A model generated the notes under the pieces. It saw only the letters and a program-made list of their open reading frames with translations. It had not been told where the DNA came from and searched no databases. From the NCBI GenBank assembly GCA_040768905.1, contig JAXGMA010000001.1:723806-787805 (forward strand): DNA of 64,000 nucleotides. Reading direction: 5' to 3'. The position numbers and the translations under genes are program-made. Shown in pieces: positions 21,389 to 32,408 of the stretch. This DNA is from Christensenellales bacterium (GTDB taxonomy: Bacteria > Bacillota > Clostridia > Christensenellales > SZUA-584). Position 1 is the stretch's first letter, and each line of letters begins with the position of its first letter.

Positions 21389-23114
21389 ATTGCTCTTCTT
21401 TTTTTCGGAGGGTTTCAAGCAGCGCTTTGTCAGGGCTGGCAAGCAGGGAAGTGTGTTTTTCGTATATGACCATGCCCGGGTGCGCACCGCCGGGTTTGCG
21501 TACATTTTTACGCTGCGTATAATCCACCTGAACTTTCGCGCCGTATTTTGCTTTGCTGAGCGTAGCGGCTATCGCAGCGGCTTCTGACAACGTCGCGCTT
21601 GGAACGGCTCCTTTGGCGCCGGCGATAATAACATGCGCACCGGGAATGTCTTTGGTGTGCAGCCATATGTCATCTGATGCTGCCGTTTTCAATGTGAGAA
21701 GATCGTTCTGCCGGTTGTTTTTGCCGGCATAAATGAGATAACCTTCAGAAGACTTAAAACGGTGCGGCTGTGAAGGCGCGTGCTGAGTGCGGTGCGTTGC
21801 AGCTTGAGTGCGCGGAAAAAAGCCTGTTTTTATCAATTCGAACTCGATTTCACTGAGTTCCTGCGCCGTTTCGCATGTATCAACAGAAACCTGTACGCTT
21901 TCCAAAAAAGCAATGTCATTCTGTGTTTCTGCCATCCGCTTCTGGATGATACCAATTCCGGCGCGCAGCTTATTGTAAAGCCTGTATTGCTGCTGTGCGT
22001 TTGCAGCCGGTGACAAACGGGCATTGAGAGGGATGGCGACATCTTCACCTGTTTTAAAATCCTGAGCCACAAGCGTTTGCTGTCCGCGCTTGATTTGATA
22101 AATGTTGGCTGTGATTATATCTCCCCTTGTTTTATAGATCTGCGCCTTTTTTGCACGTTCCGCAGAAATCTGCTGTTTTTGCAGCGTGGAGATCAATTTT
22201 TCAAGCTGTTTTGTTACCAATTTGTGCAGCTTATCCCGTTTGCCTGAGAGCAGCTTGATCGCGGCAAGCCTGCTGTAGAAGGCGTCGGTCATCTCGTTGA
22301 ATGAACTGTATGCCATAGCGTCTGACTGTATGCTTTTATATTGGCAGTGTGAATATAAAAAGGGCATATTTTCACGCAGATACATTGTGGGCAAAGGAGC
22401 AGACGAAAAAAAATCAATGATCACATCAGCGAGCTTTTCAGCCTCTTTGGGCTTATGGGCGAAACCTGAAGGCATATAGCGGTATAGTATTTCGTCTGCA
22501 GCCTGGCCGGAGACCCCTTGGAGAAACGACGACAGATAAGCTTTCAGCTTTGCATCGCCGCGCTTTTCGAGCATTTCAATAAGCGTTGCGCGGGAGATGT
22601 GCAGCGGATTGAGCTTACTTGACTTCGGCGGCTTGTAAGCAATGCCGGGCAGCACGCAGCGTACGCGGCTGACGGAATGCGGTACGCGCCGAAGGCTGTC
22701 CATGACGACGCCTTCAGAAACGAGTATCGCATTCGAGTATTTGCCCATCAATTCAAAGATTAGACAAAGGTTTTTTGAAAGGCCAAGTTCGTCTTTTGCA
22801 GAGAAGTTCAGTGTGACGATGCGCTCTAAGCCCGTCTGCTCAATGCCGGTCACGGTAGCGCCGGAAAGATGTTTTCGCAAAAACATGCAGAAGGCAGGAG
22901 GGGAGGAGGGGTTTTCATATTTGTATGAGGTCAGATGCAGCCGTGAGTTAAAAGCGCCTGTGCTGATGAGCAGCCGGGGGTTTCTGCCCGGCGCGCGCAG
23001 AGCTATCACAAGCATGCCCGGCTGCGGCTGGTGAATTTTGTCGACCTTGCAGCGAAGGATATGTTCCTTTATCTCATTGACCGTATAAAAAAGTGTCAGC
23101 CCGTCCTGTGTCAT
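21387..23114 (-). CDS. rqcH: Ribosome quality control protein RqcH (NFACT / FbpA family)
   Basis: NFACT-N N-terminus, central coiled coil, C-terminal DDIWLHTKDIPGAHVII (NFACT-R/DUF814); RBS GGAGGA. Confidence 0.85.
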   Translation of the reverse strand: MTQDGLTLFYTVNEIKEHILRCKVDKIHQPQPGMLVIALRAPGRNPRLLISTGAFNSRLHLTSYKYENPSSPPAFCMFLRKHLSGATVTGIEQTGLERIVTLNFSAKDELGLSKNLCLIFELMGKYSNAILVSEGVVMDSLRRVPHSVSRVRCVLPGIAYKPPKSSKLNPLHISRATLIEMLEKRGDAKLKAYLSSFLQGVSGQAADEILYRYMPSGFAHKPKEAEKLADVIIDFFSSAPLPTMYLRENMPFLYSHCQYKSIQSDAMAYSSFNEMTDAFYSRLAAIKLLSGKRDKLHKLVTKQLEKLISTLQKQQISAERAKKAQIYKTRGDIITANIYQIKRGQQTLVAQDFKTGEDVAIPLNARLSPAANAQQQYRLYNKLRAGIGIIQKRMAETQNDIAFLESVQVSVDTCETAQELSEIEFELIKTGFFPRTQAATHRTQHAPSQPHRFKSSEGYLIYAGKNNRQNDLLTLKTAASDDIWLHTKDIPGAHVIIAGAKGAVPSATLSEAAAIAATLSKAKYGAKVQVDYTQRKNVRKPGGAHPGMVIYEKHTSLLASPDKALLETLRKKEEQ

Positions 23115-23206
23115 GGTGCATCCTCCGATTTTGTATTATACAACCTCGTGACACCGGATGCAAATAGTGTTATAATGGCATAAATTTATGGCGGAGGAAA
23201 CCGCAG

Positions 23207-24442
23207 ATGCAGCACGTTCTGGAAAAAGCTAAAAATGCGCAAAAGGCCTCGGGTATACTCGCCTGCATGGGCGCGCGCCAAAAAAACGCCGGGTTGTGCG
23301 GTATGGCACAGGCTCTGCGCGACAACACAGATTATATCCTTGAAGAAAATCAAAAGGATCTGGCTGCGGGAAGAAACAAGGGCACCTCAGATGCGCTCTT
23401 AGACAGGCTTGCGCTCAGCCGCGAGCGTATCGAAGGGATGGCAAAAGGTTTGGAGAGCGTAGCCATGCTTGCCGACCCCGTGGGGGAGGTCATCCATACC
23501 TCTTTGCGTCCGAACGGCCTGAGCATCGGGGCCAAACGCGTACCGATCGGCGTGGTCGGCATCATTTATGAAGCCCGTCCCAATGTGACATCAGACGCAG
23601 CAGGCCTTTGTATCAAAACGGGGAATGCCGCGCTTTTGCGCGGCGGCAGCGATGCGATATATTCCAACATCGCTATTGTGCGTGTGCTGCGCGAAGCAGC
23701 GGCCAAAGCAGGGCTGCCCGAGGATGCCGTGACGCTTATTGACGATACATCGCGTGAAGCGGCGACGTACATGATGGGGCTCAGTGGCATTATCGATGTG
23801 CTGATACCGCGCGGCGGCGCTGGGCTGATACAGTCTGTGGTCAAGAATGCGACCGTGCCTGTCATAGAAACGGGCGTGGGCAATTGCCATGTGTATATTG
23901 ACTCCGGCGCAGATTTTGATATGGGCATAAACATCATCCACAACGCCAAAACCAGCCGGCCTTCAGTTTGCAACGCGGCAGAGACTCTGCTGGTGCATGA
24001 AGATATCGCGCAGGGTTTTCTTCCGCTGATGGCGAAAAAGCTTAAAAACGTTGAGCTGCGCGGCTGTGAGAAAACGTGCAGCATCATAAAAATAAAACCG
24101 GCAACAGAACAGGATTATTATACGGAATTTTTGGATTACATACTCGCCGTAAAAGTCGTTGATAGTATTGACGAAGCCATCGCCCATATCAACACTTACG
24201 GTACAAAACACTCTGAAGCCATCGTGACGCAGAATTATGCGAATGCTGAGCTTTTTTTGGAACGCGTCGATGCCGCTGCGGTGTTTGTCAACGCTTCCAC
24301 GCGCTTCACTGACGGCGAGGAGTTCGGGTTTGGCGCGGAGATAGGCATAAGCACACAGAAGCTGCATGCCAGAGGCCCGATGGGCCTTAAAGAATTGACC
24401 ACAATCAAATATATTGTGCGCGGCAGCGGTCAAACAAGGTAG
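23207..24442 (+). CDS. proA: Gamma-glutamyl phosphate reductase
   Basis: GVGNCHVYID catalytic Cys region and NASTRFTDGEEFGFGAEIGISTQKLHARGPMG. No proB is adjacent. Confidence 0.92.
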   Translation: MQHVLEKAKNAQKASGILACMGARQKNAGLCGMAQALRDNTDYILEENQKDLAAGRNKGTSDALLDRLALSRERIEGMAKGLESVAMLADPVGEVIHTSLRPNGLSIGAKRVPIGVVGIIYEARPNVTSDAAGLCIKTGNAALLRGGSDAIYSNIAIVRVLREAAAKAGLPEDAVTLIDDTSREAATYMMGLSGIIDVLIPRGGAGLIQSVVKNATVPVIETGVGNCHVYIDSGADFDMGINIIHNAKTSRPSVCNAAETLLVHEDIAQGFLPLMAKKLKNVELRGCEKTCSIIKIKPATEQDYYTEFLDYILAVKVVDSIDEAIAHINTYGTKHSEAIVTQNYANAELFLERVDAAAVFVNASTRFTDGEEFGFGAEIGISTQKLHARGPMGLKELTTIKYIVRGSGQTR

Positions 24443-24453
24443 GTTGCATGCAT

Positions 24454-24486
24454 AAAGGGAGGCGATAAAAGGCCTCTCTTTTTTAT
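24454..24486. terminator. Bidirectional terminator between proA and the convergent lipoprotein gene
   Basis: AAAGGGAGGC / GCCTCTCTTT 10-bp stem (one G-U pair), 8-nt loop, A-run before and T-run after. Confidence 0.65.
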
Positions 24487-24511
24487 ACTGATTTTTTTCC
24501 GCATCGCATGA

Positions 24512-25090
24512 TCAAAAGGATTTATTATTATTCAAAGGTTCCGTACCGGTCAAAGACACGCGCAGCTCTTTTTCCGCAGCCGTTAAGGGCAGCTCGATGA
24601 TAATGTGCCACTGCGCCATATCGTCTGTGCCGATCATCGCAACGATACGTTCAATGCTTATTTTAAGCTTATCCGCATCGGAATCAACGCGCACAACCTT
24701 ATGGCGGTTTGAGCCGCTGGGTTCTTCAAGAACAACGAGCGCGAGGCAGTTGTTTTTAAAATACGCGCTTCCATACTTTTGCATCGCATCATAAAAGTTC
24801 GTATCCGCGCCGTCTGATTGACGGCTTTCAAGGTCAAAGGAGCCTTTGTAGGCATCGTAATAAGCCTTAAGCTCATCTGCGGATGTGATCAGCGTGGCAG
24901 CAGGGTAACTTCTTTTTTCGTCGTATCCATCAGTACGAATGTATTGTGCGGAAAATTCAAGCGTTAAGGCCGGCCCGGGCGTTACAACAGCCGGTTCCGT
25001 GTCAGCTGTATCCTGTGCGCTTTTTTCTGTAGGGCCGGGGCTTACCGGTAAATCTTTGCCGCTGTTCGGCGGCGTGCAGCTTGCAAGCAA
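24512..25090 (-). CDS. Putative lipoprotein of unknown function; 5' end apparently frameshifted
   Basis: The track ORF starts LLASCTPPNSG. The same frame reads SIFLCISAFAAAFLLASC upstream (lipoprotein signal) back to a TGA. The RBS-backed ATG at 25133 is one frame off across a T5 run. Confidence 0.55.
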   Translation of the reverse strand: MLASCTPPNSGKDLPVSPGPTEKSAQDTADTEPAVVTPGPALTLEFSAQYIRTDGYDEKRSYPAATLITSADELKAYYDAYKGSFDLESRQSDGADTNFYDAMQKYGSAYFKNNCLALVVLEEPSGSNRHKVVRVDSDADKLKISIERIVAMIGTDDMAQWHIIIELPLTAAEKELRVSLTGTEPLNNNKSF

Positions 25091-25198
25091 AAAAGCTGCG
25101 GCAAAGGCCGAGATACAAAGAAAAATGCTTCATGTTCTTGGCTCCTTTTTATCAATAAGACGCTTCCGCAAAAAAAAGTTCCCGTCAGCGTTTTACTT

Positions 25199-26578
25199 CT
25201 ATTCGGCAATGAATTCCTTGATCAAAGCCATGTGTTTTTTGACACTTTTTGCGCCCGGGCCGCCGAATACGCCGCGGCGTTCGATGCAGTTTTTCAGGGA
25301 GAGCGCATCGAAGATATCCGTATCGAACAACGAAGAATGGCTTTTCAGCTCATCCAGAGAAAGCGAATCAATGGATTTGCCGTGCTGTTCGCAATAAAGC
25401 ACAAGTTTGCCGACGATTTCATGCGCATCACGGAACGGCAGCCCCTTTTTGACAAGGTAATCTGCCGCGTCGGTGGCGTTGGCAAACCCAAGCCCTGCAC
25501 TGCTGAGCATACGATCCGTATTAAAGGCAGCTGTGCGCAGCATGCCGCCCATCACTGGCAGACAAGCGAGCAGCGTATCGTGCGCATCAAAAAGAGCTTC
25601 CTTGTCTTCCTGCATGTCTTTGTTGTAGGCGAGCGCAAGCCCCTTCATTGTTGTTAGCAGTGCCATCAAACTGCCGTAAACGCGCCCTGTTTTTCCGCGT
25701 ATCAATTCAGCCATGTCCGGGTTTTTTTTCTGCGGCATGATGCTTGAACCGGTTGCATACGCATCGGAAAGCGAAATAAAACCAAACTCATGGGTCGACC
25801 AGAATACGATCTCTTCAGACAGCCGCGAGAGATGCATGGCACATACCGCGCATGCGTATAAATAATCAAGCACACAGTCGCGGTCGGAAACTGCATCCAT
25901 ACTGTTGGGGGTCAATGCCGAGAAAGAAAGCGCATCCTTGACCATTTCGCGGTCAAGCGGATAAGTGGTCGCGCAAAGCGCGCCCGAACCAAGAGGCATC
26001 ATATCGGCGGCAGCCTTAGCGTGTGAGAACCGTATGCAGTCGCGCAGGAACATCTGGGCATAAGCCATCATATGATGCGCAAGCGTCGTGGGCTGCGCTT
26101 TTTGCAGATGCGTATACGCAGGCATCACGGTTTCAAGATGCTGCTCCGCTATCCCGCAAAGTATTGACATCAGCGCTTTTATCTGTTCGGTTGTCGTATC
26201 GCATGCCTGCTTTAAGAACATGCGCACATCGAGCGCGACCTGATCGTTTCGGCTGCGTCCCGTGTGCAGCCGTTTTCCGGCCTCGCCGATGCGCTCCGTC
26301 AGCAGCCTTTCTATGTTCATGTGGATATCTTCATCACTTTCGCAGAACGCGATTTTCCCGTTCTCGATATCCTTCAATATGGATTCCAGTCCGCCAACGA
26401 TCGCTTCACTGTCTGCCTGAGGGATGATGCCTGTGGCGCCGAGCATTTTTGCATGTGCAATGCTCCCCGTGATATCTACGCGGTATAAACGTTTGTCAAA
26501 CGAAATCGATGAATGAAAGCCTGCCGCGAGATTATCTGTCTCAGACTCAAAGCGGCCGCCCCACATCTTTTTGCTCAT
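25199..26578 (-). CDS. argH: Argininosuccinate lyase
   Basis: [19 protein letters not shown] signature; 4-nt overlap with argG. Confidence 0.93.
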   Translation of the reverse strand: MSKKMWGGRFESETDNLAAGFHSSISFDKRLYRVDITGSIAHAKMLGATGIIPQADSEAIVGGLESILKDIENGKIAFCESDEDIHMNIERLLTERIGEAGKRLHTGRSRNDQVALDVRMFLKQACDTTTEQIKALMSILCGIAEQHLETVMPAYTHLQKAQPTTLAHHMMAYAQMFLRDCIRFSHAKAAADMMPLGSGALCATTYPLDREMVKDALSFSALTPNSMDAVSDRDCVLDYLYACAVCAMHLSRLSEEIVFWSTHEFGFISLSDAYATGSSIMPQKKNPDMAELIRGKTGRVYGSLMALLTTMKGLALAYNKDMQEDKEALFDAHDTLLACLPVMGGMLRTAAFNTDRMLSSAGLGFANATDAADYLVKKGLPFRDAHEIVGKLVLYCEQHGKSIDSLSLDELKSHSSLFDTDIFDALSLKNCIERRGVFGGPGAKSVKKHMALIKEFIAE

Positions 26579-27786
26579 TTTTGTTTCCTTTCGGCGTCCA
26601 GCAATGCTTTGACCTTCAAAGGCAGGCCGAACAGGTTGATAAACCCTTCTGCATCCTTCTGATTGTAGACTTCATCTTCGCCGAATGTCGCGAACGCCTC
26701 ACTGTACAGCGAATACAAAGAGCGTATCCCGACGGCTGTGCAGCGGCCCTTATACATCTTAAGGCGCACGTCGCCCGATACGTTTTGCTGCGTACTGTCC
26801 ACAAAAGCGCTCAGCGCTTCGCGCAGCGGCGAGAACCACTGCCCGTAATAGACCATCTCAGCAAATTTTAATGCGACGCCTTGTTTGTAGTGCAGCGTGT
26901 CCCGGTCAAGCGTAATACTCTCAAGCGCCCTGTGCGCCTCGTAAAGCACTGTGCCGCCCGGCGTTTCATACACCCCGCGCGATTTCATGCCCACAAGCCG
27001 GTTTTCGACGATATCGTCTATGCCTACGCCGTTTTCCGCGCCTATAGCGTTGAGAGTCTCAATGATACTGACCGGCGGGAGGGCTTTGCCGTCTACCGCG
27101 GAAGGAACGCCTTTTTCGAAGCTGACCGTCACATAAGCAGGTTTGCCGGGCGCGGATTCAGGCGGCGTGCAGATAAGGTATAGATCGTCATTGGGCTCAT
27201 TCCAGGGGTCCTCAAGATCAGCCCCTTCGTGGCTCAAGTGCCAGATGTTGCGGTCCATGCTATAAGGCCGCTTTTTTGATACCGGAACAGGCAGCCCGCG
27301 CTGCTCAAGGTAATCGATCGCCTGCTCGCGTGATTTGATGTTCCATTCGCGCCATGGGGCAATGATGGCCATTTTGGGAGCCAGCGCCTTGATGGTCAGC
27401 TCGAAGCGGACCTGATCGTTGCCTTTGCCCGTTGCACCGTGGCAGATCGCGTCGCAGCCTTCGCGCAGCGCGATCTCAACAAGCCTTTTTGCGATCACCG
27501 GGCGTGCCATCGACGTGCCGAGCAGGTATCTGCCCTCATAGACAGCGCCGGCCATTAGCGTTGGGAAGACGAAATCCCTGACAAACTCGTCACGCAGATC
27601 CTCGATATATATTTTTTTGGCGCCGCTTTGTATCGCGCGGTCATTGAGCGGCGCAAGCTCGTCCCCCTGGCCGACATCAGCGGCCATGGCGATCACTTCA
27701 CAACCATAGTTTTCTTTCAGCCATGGGATGATCACCGATGTATCAAGCCCGCCGGAGTAGGCAAGCAGCACTTTTTTGTATGTCAT
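26575..27786 (-). CDS. argG: Argininosuccinate synthase
   Basis: [35 protein letters not shown] 27786 is preceded by GGAGG; the track ORF extends to 27843. Confidence 0.93.
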   Translation of the reverse strand: MTYKKVLLAYSGGLDTSVIIPWLKENYGCEVIAMAADVGQGDELAPLNDRAIQSGAKKIYIEDLRDEFVRDFVFPTLMAGAVYEGRYLLGTSMARPVIAKRLVEIALREGCDAICHGATGKGNDQVRFELTIKALAPKMAIIAPWREWNIKSREQAIDYLEQRGLPVPVSKKRPYSMDRNIWHLSHEGADLEDPWNEPNDDLYLICTPPESAPGKPAYVTVSFEKGVPSAVDGKALPPVSIIETLNAIGAENGVGIDDIVENRLVGMKSRGVYETPGGTVLYEAHRALESITLDRDTLHYKQGVALKFAEMVYYGQWFSPLREALSAFVDSTQQNVSGDVRLKMYKGRCTAVGIRSLYSLYSEAFATFGEDEVYNQKDAEGFINLFGLPLKVKALLDAERKQK

Positions 27787-27826
27787 TGACCAACCTCCAT
27801 ATAAAATATTAATAATTATACAACAA

Positions 27827-27844
27827 TATGCATAAATATTCAAC
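27827..27844. promoter_or_regulatory. Candidate ARG box (ArgR/AhrC operator) upstream of argG
   Basis: TATGCATAAATATTCAAC matches 16 of 18 positions of TNTGAATWWWWATTCANW; lies 41 nt upstream of the argG start. Confidence 0.4.
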
Positions 27845-28048
27845 CCTTTTTTTGTTTAATGCGGCTGTTTGAAGCCAAAAAGCATCGGATATTTCCCGTG
27901 CAAAACACATAGTGCTGATAAATTGAAATTTCAATGAACATTGCCGCGTTTTTGATTGCATTGAATTTATACTTATGTTACTATATAGAGCGGTGTTTTT
28001 GCAAGATGGCAAGCCGCTATTTATTTATTATACCGGGAGGAACAAAAA

Positions 28049-29386
28049 TTGGCGAAAGTGGAAGCGCTCGGCGCAAACAAAGTAAAACTCACCGTGGATA
28101 TACCAGCAGAGGATTTTGGCGCAGCGCTGCAGCAGGCATATATCAAAAACAGGAGCAAGTTTTCTATTCAGGGCTTTCGCAAGGGCAAAGCGCCAAAGCC
28201 TGTGATAGAGAGCCAATACGGAGAAGGGATATTCTTTGAAGACGCTTTTGACATTGTGTTCCCTGACAGCTACTCAAAGGCAGTGGAAGAATGCAGCTTG
28301 GAACCAGTTTCAAGGCCGCAGCTTGATGTGTCACAGATAAGCAAGAAAGACGGGGTTCAATACACCGCTGAAATTTTTGTCAAACCGGAGGTTAAGCTCG
28401 GGGAATACAAAGGTGTTAAGGCCGAGCAGGTAAAAGCCGAAAATATAGATAAAAAGGTTGAAGATGAGATCGCCCGCGCTGCAGACAGAAATGCAAGATG
28501 GGTGGATGTACAGCGTCCCGCACAGGACAAAGACAAGGCGATCATCGATTATTCCGGAAGTGTTGACGGGGAATTGTTTGACGGAGGTACTGCGGAAAAT
28601 CAAGTGCTTGAACTGGGCTCGGGCACATTTATTCCGGGCTTCGAAGAGCAGATCATCGGCTTAAGCGCAGGCGAAGAGAAAGATTTGACAGTCACTTTCC
28701 CGGAGGATTACCGTGCCACACACCTTGCAGGCAAAGAAGCGGTTTTCCATATCGTGCTGCATGAAGTCAAGCAAAAGGAATTGCCAACGATCAATGATGA
28801 ATTCGCGCAGGATGTTTCCGAGTTCGATACACTCGAAGATTACCGTGCAAGCATACGGCAAAGGCTTGAAGAACAGGCGCAAAAGCAGGCCCAAGATGCG
28901 ACTGAGAGCAACGTCATTGCTGCTGTGGTCAAGAATGCAAAGATCGATCTGCCCGAATGTATGATCGAGAATCAGATAGACCATCAGCTCAAGCAGCTCG
29001 AATACAGCATGATGTATCAGGGCATTAAGCTTGCCGACTATCTTGAGATGACGGGAACCAAAATAGAGGATGTCCGTGCGCAATACCGTGAAAGTGCAGA
29101 ACACACAGTGCGCACGCAGCTTGTGATCGAAGCTGTTATGAAAAAAGAAGGCATTGAGGCTGATGGCGAAAAATTAGAAGAGGCGATCGCCAAGCGCGCT
29201 GAACAGGCTAAAAAGGCTTTGGAAGACTACCGTAAAAACATCAGCGAAGATGAGCTTGCGTATATCAAGGAAAATCTGGCGTATGATAATACGGTGCATT
29301 TTCTGGTTGAAAACGCCGTGCTCAATGCCCCAAAGAAAAAAACCGAGAAGAAAAAAGCCGGGAAGGAAAACAGTTCAGACGAATAG
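28049..29386 (+). CDS. tig: Trigger factor
   Basis: N-terminal KVKLTVDIP, central FKBP-type PPIase (GSGTFIPGFEEQIIG), tig-clpP-clpX synteny. TTG start 8 nt after GGGAGG. Confidence 0.92.
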   Translation: MAKVEALGANKVKLTVDIPAEDFGAALQQAYIKNRSKFSIQGFRKGKAPKPVIESQYGEGIFFEDAFDIVFPDSYSKAVEECSLEPVSRPQLDVSQISKKDGVQYTAEIFVKPEVKLGEYKGVKAEQVKAENIDKKVEDEIARAADRNARWVDVQRPAQDKDKAIIDYSGSVDGELFDGGTAENQVLELGSGTFIPGFEEQIIGLSAGEEKDLTVTFPEDYRATHLAGKEAVFHIVLHEVKQKELPTINDEFAQDVSEFDTLEDYRASIRQRLEEQAQKQAQDATESNVIAAVVKNAKIDLPECMIENQIDHQLKQLEYSMMYQGIKLADYLEMTGTKIEDVRAQYRESAEHTVRTQLVIEAVMKKEGIEADGEKLEEAIAKRAEQAKKALEDYRKNISEDELAYIKENLAYDNTVHFLVENAVLNAPKKKTEKKKAGKENSSDE

Positions 29387-29415
29387 AATAGTATAGTTAT
29401 ATAATCGGAGGGATA

Positions 29416-30006
29416 ATGATGACTTTGGTGCCTTTTGTAATAGAACAGACAAGCAAGGGAGAGAGAAGCTATGACATTTATTCGCGTCTTCTTAAAGACA
29501 GGATCGTGTTCATCAGCGGTGAGATAGAAGATAACATGGCCAATCTGGCCGTTGCACAGATGATATTTTTAGAGGCGGAAGACCCGGACAAGGATATATT
29601 CTTGTACATCAACAGCCCGGGAGGCTCTGTGACTGCAGGAATGGCCATTTATGACACGATGCAGTACATCAAATGCGACGTGTGCACGATCTGCATCGGC
29701 CTTGCCGCGTCAATGGGCGCTTTTCTGCTCGCTGCAGGCACTAAAGGGAAAAGGAAGGCGCTGCCCAACAGTGAAGTGATGATCCATCAGCCCTCAGGCG
29801 GCACGCGCGGGCAGGCCACGGATATAGCCATTCATGCAGAACATATTCTGAAAACAAAGAAAAAGATGCAGGCTATTCTGGCCGAGAGGACCGGCCAGCC
29901 CCTTAAAAAAGTAGCGAGTGATACGGAGAGAGATAATTTCTTAAGCGCTGAAGAAGCGCTCGAATACGGGATAATCGACGAGATTATTCCGCCGAAACAC
30001 AAGTAA
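29416..30006 (+). CDS. clpP: ATP-dependent Clp protease proteolytic subunit
   Basis: [26 protein letters not shown] (Ser), MIHQP (His). ATG 29419 is an alternative start. Confidence 0.93.
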   Translation: MMTLVPFVIEQTSKGERSYDIYSRLLKDRIVFISGEIEDNMANLAVAQMIFLEAEDPDKDIFLYINSPGGSVTAGMAIYDTMQYIKCDVCTICIGLAASMGAFLLAAGTKGKRKALPNSEVMIHQPSGGTRGQATDIAIHAEHILKTKKKMQAILAERTGQPLKKVASDTERDNFLSAEEALEYGIIDEIIPPKHK

Positions 30007-30024
30007 CGGAAAAGAGGTGAACGG

Positions 30025-31308
30025 ATGCCAAACTACAACGACGATCAAAAACAACTCAAATGCTCTTTTTGCGGAAAGGCGCAGGAACAGGTCAGGCGCT
30101 TGGTCGCCGGCCCGGGTGTATATATTTGCAACGAGTGTATCGAGCTTTGCAAAGAGATCATAGAGGAGGATTATCAGGAAGCCTCAGCTTTTGAATTGGG
30201 TGACGTTCCAAAACCCGCTGATATCATGGCGTCTTTAGATGATTATGTGATCGGGCAGCAGGCTGCCAAGCGCAATCTTGCTGTAGCGGTTTACAACCAT
30301 TATAAACGCATTAACTCTGACGTCAAACAGGATGATGTTGAGCTGCAAAAAAGCAATATCGTCATGCTCGGCCCTACAGGCTGCGGAAAAACACTGCTTG
30401 CGCAGACTCTTGCACGCGTTCTTAATGTGCCTTTTGCCATGGCTGATGCGACATCGCTGACCGAAGCCGGCTATGTCGGTGAAGACGTTGAGAACATTCT
30501 GTTAAAGCTGATCCAATCCGCTGACTATGATATTGAACGCGCGCAGCGCGGCATCATCTATATCGACGAGATTGATAAGATCGCCCGTAAAAGCGACAAT
30601 CCTTCGATCACGCGTGATGTCTCCGGCGAAGGCGTGCAGCAGGCTCTGCTGAAGATCATAGAAGGTACGGTGGCAAGCGTTCCGCCTCAGGGCGGCCGCA
30701 AACACCCGCATCAGGAATTTCTGCAGATTGACACGACCAACATCTTGTTTATATGCGGCGGTGCCTTCGGGGGCCTCGATAAAATCATAGAACGGCGCAT
30801 CGGGCGCAAAACGATGGGATTTGGCGCAAAAATCGTGTCCAACGAACATAAAGACCTCTCGGAACTTTACAAAAACATCCTTCCGGAAGATCTGCTCAAG
30901 TTTGGATTAATACCGGAGTTTGTGGGCCGCGTCCCTATCATCGTGACGCTGCACCAGCTTGATGAGCAGGCGCTTATCAACATCCTGACACAGCCAAAGA
31001 ATGCGCTTGTCAAACAATTTGCCAAGCTTTTGGAAATGGACGGCGTGACATTGGAGTTTGAGGAAGAAGCACTTTGTGAGATTTCGAAAATGGCCATTGA
31101 GCGCAAGACCGGAGCGCGCGGTTTGCGTGCGATACTTGAAACCATTATGCTGGATGTGATGTTTGAGATTCCCTCGCGTTCAGATGTGAAAAAGTGTGTG
31201 ATCACACGCGACACTGTCAGAAATGCAAAAGTGCCAATGCTGATACTCGGAGAAAAGGACAACAAGCAAAAAGCGCTCCCTAAGGCAAAAAAAGAAAGCC
31301 TTGCCTGA
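30025..31308 (+). CDS. clpX: ATP-dependent Clp protease ATP-binding subunit ClpX
   Basis: Zinc ribbon CSFCGK...[24 protein letters not shown]. Confidence 0.95.
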   Translation: MPNYNDDQKQLKCSFCGKAQEQVRRLVAGPGVYICNECIELCKEIIEEDYQEASAFELGDVPKPADIMASLDDYVIGQQAAKRNLAVAVYNHYKRINSDVKQDDVELQKSNIVMLGPTGCGKTLLAQTLARVLNVPFAMADATSLTEAGYVGEDVENILLKLIQSADYDIERAQRGIIYIDEIDKIARKSDNPSITRDVSGEGVQQALLKIIEGTVASVPPQGGRKHPHQEFLQIDTTNILFICGGAFGGLDKIIERRIGRKTMGFGAKIVSNEHKDLSELYKNILPEDLLKFGLIPEFVGRVPIIVTLHQLDEQALINILTQPKNALVKQFAKLLEMDGVTLEFEEEALCEISKMAIERKTGARGLRAILETIMLDVMFEIPSRSDVKKCVITRDTVRNAKVPMLILGEKDNKQKALPKAKKESLA

Positions 31309-31350
31309 TGTCCGAAGAACCATAAGGATATAAAAAACACATAAATAAAA

Positions 31351-31384
31351 AAAGCGGCTGCAGCATAGCAGCCGCTTTTTTTTT
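31351..31384 (+). terminator. Strong rho-independent terminator after clpX (left edge of the island)
   Basis: AGCGGCTGC-AGCATA-GCAGCCGCT followed by T9. Confidence 0.85.
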
Positions 31385-31474
31385 AGACTCGTCCATGGAT
31401 GAAAAAAAGTTATGTATGCCTTGGCTTGTATGTCAGGCATTTATTGATTATTTCTTGTTTTGTTGAGATTATTA

Positions 31475-31503
31475 TTGACAGTGAAAAAAATAGTGGGTAT
31501 TAT
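31475..31503 (+). promoter_or_regulatory. SigA-type promoter of the left island operon
   Basis: TTGACA (31475-31480), 17-nt spacer, TATTAT (31498-31503), followed by a CAA-rich leader. Confidence 0.5.
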
Positions 31504-31577
31504 AATAACAAACAACAACAAACAACAGAATTAGACAGGCGAAATCAAATTTACTATTTCTTTATGGAGTAAAAAAA

Positions 31578-32363
31578 TTGAAAACGCAACAGCACACAAA
31601 TCATCAAAAAGAAGATTTTTCCCTCAATGGAAAAACGACACTGATCACCGGCGCTGCCGGCGGTATTGGGTACGCCATCGCAGAATTGTTTATAAGGAAA
31701 GGGAGTCAGCTTGTTCTTTTCGACATCTCTGACGACATAGCGGAAAAAGCAGAAAGCCTAAGGCGAAATGGATGCACGGTGTTATCCTATAAGGTGGATT
31801 TATGTGATCTGAATGCCATCAAGGATGCCTTTGATGATGCAACTGGGAAAATCGGCCATATCAATGTACTTGTCAATTGCGCAGGCATAGGGCCGCTTGC
31901 AAAGGCGCATGAGTTTCCTGTTGAGACATGGAAAAAAACCTTTGATATCAATCTGAATGCCCCGTTTTACTTATCGCAGCTCGTTGCAAAAAAGCTTATT
32001 GCGGACGGCAAACCCGGAAAAATCATCAATATAGCATCACAGGCGGGCATCGTGGCTATTGACGGGCATTTGGCGTATACATCAAGTAAAGCCGCCTTGC
32101 TCGGAATGACAAAATCTATGGCCTTTGAGTGGGGCAAATACGCGATCAATGTAAATGCGATTTCGCCGACTGTGATCATGACTGAGCTGGCTGCAGGATA
32201 TTGGAAGGATGATGTGGCGAAATCCGCGCTTCAAAAAATACCGCTCGGGCGGTTCGGACAGCCCAATGAAGTTGCCTCTGCGGCTTTGTATCTCGCGTCT
32301 GACGAAGCCGGTTTGATAACAGGATCCAATCTTGTCATTGACGGCGGGTATACAATCAACTAA
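31578..32363 (+). CDS. Short-chain dehydrogenase/reductase (SDR), polyol/sugar-acid dehydrogenase-like
   Basis: TGAAGGIGYA cofactor motif, catalytic YTSSKAA, C-terminal GSNLVIDGGYT; TTG start 8 nt after GGAG. Confidence 0.85.
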   Translation: MKTQQHTNHQKEDFSLNGKTTLITGAAGGIGYAIAELFIRKGSQLVLFDISDDIAEKAESLRRNGCTVLSYKVDLCDLNAIKDAFDDATGKIGHINVLVNCAGIGPLAKAHEFPVETWKKTFDINLNAPFYLSQLVAKKLIADGKPGKIINIASQAGIVAIDGHLAYTSSKAALLGMTKSMAFEWGKYAINVNAISPTVIMTELAAGYWKDDVAKSALQKIPLGRFGQPNEVASAALYLASDEAGLITGSNLVIDGGYTIN

Positions 32364-32408
32364 AGGCACACGTTTAATCAGTATCAACATATTTATCGAA
32401 AGGAGAGT

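Noticed and set aside
27923-27934. TTGAAATTTCAA palindrome considered as a second ARG box
   Set aside because: The half-site spacing is 4 nt too short for the 18-bp ARG box. Its function is unknown and the support is too weak for a feature call.
31393-31464. 23-aa ORF (MDEKKLCMPWLVCQAFIDYFLFC) after the clpX terminator, and the 86-aa minus-strand ORF at 31180-31440
   Set aside because: The small ORF has no RBS. The minus-strand ORF overlaps the clpX 3' end and its terminator. Both sit in A/T-rich intergenic DNA where such ORFs arise by chance.
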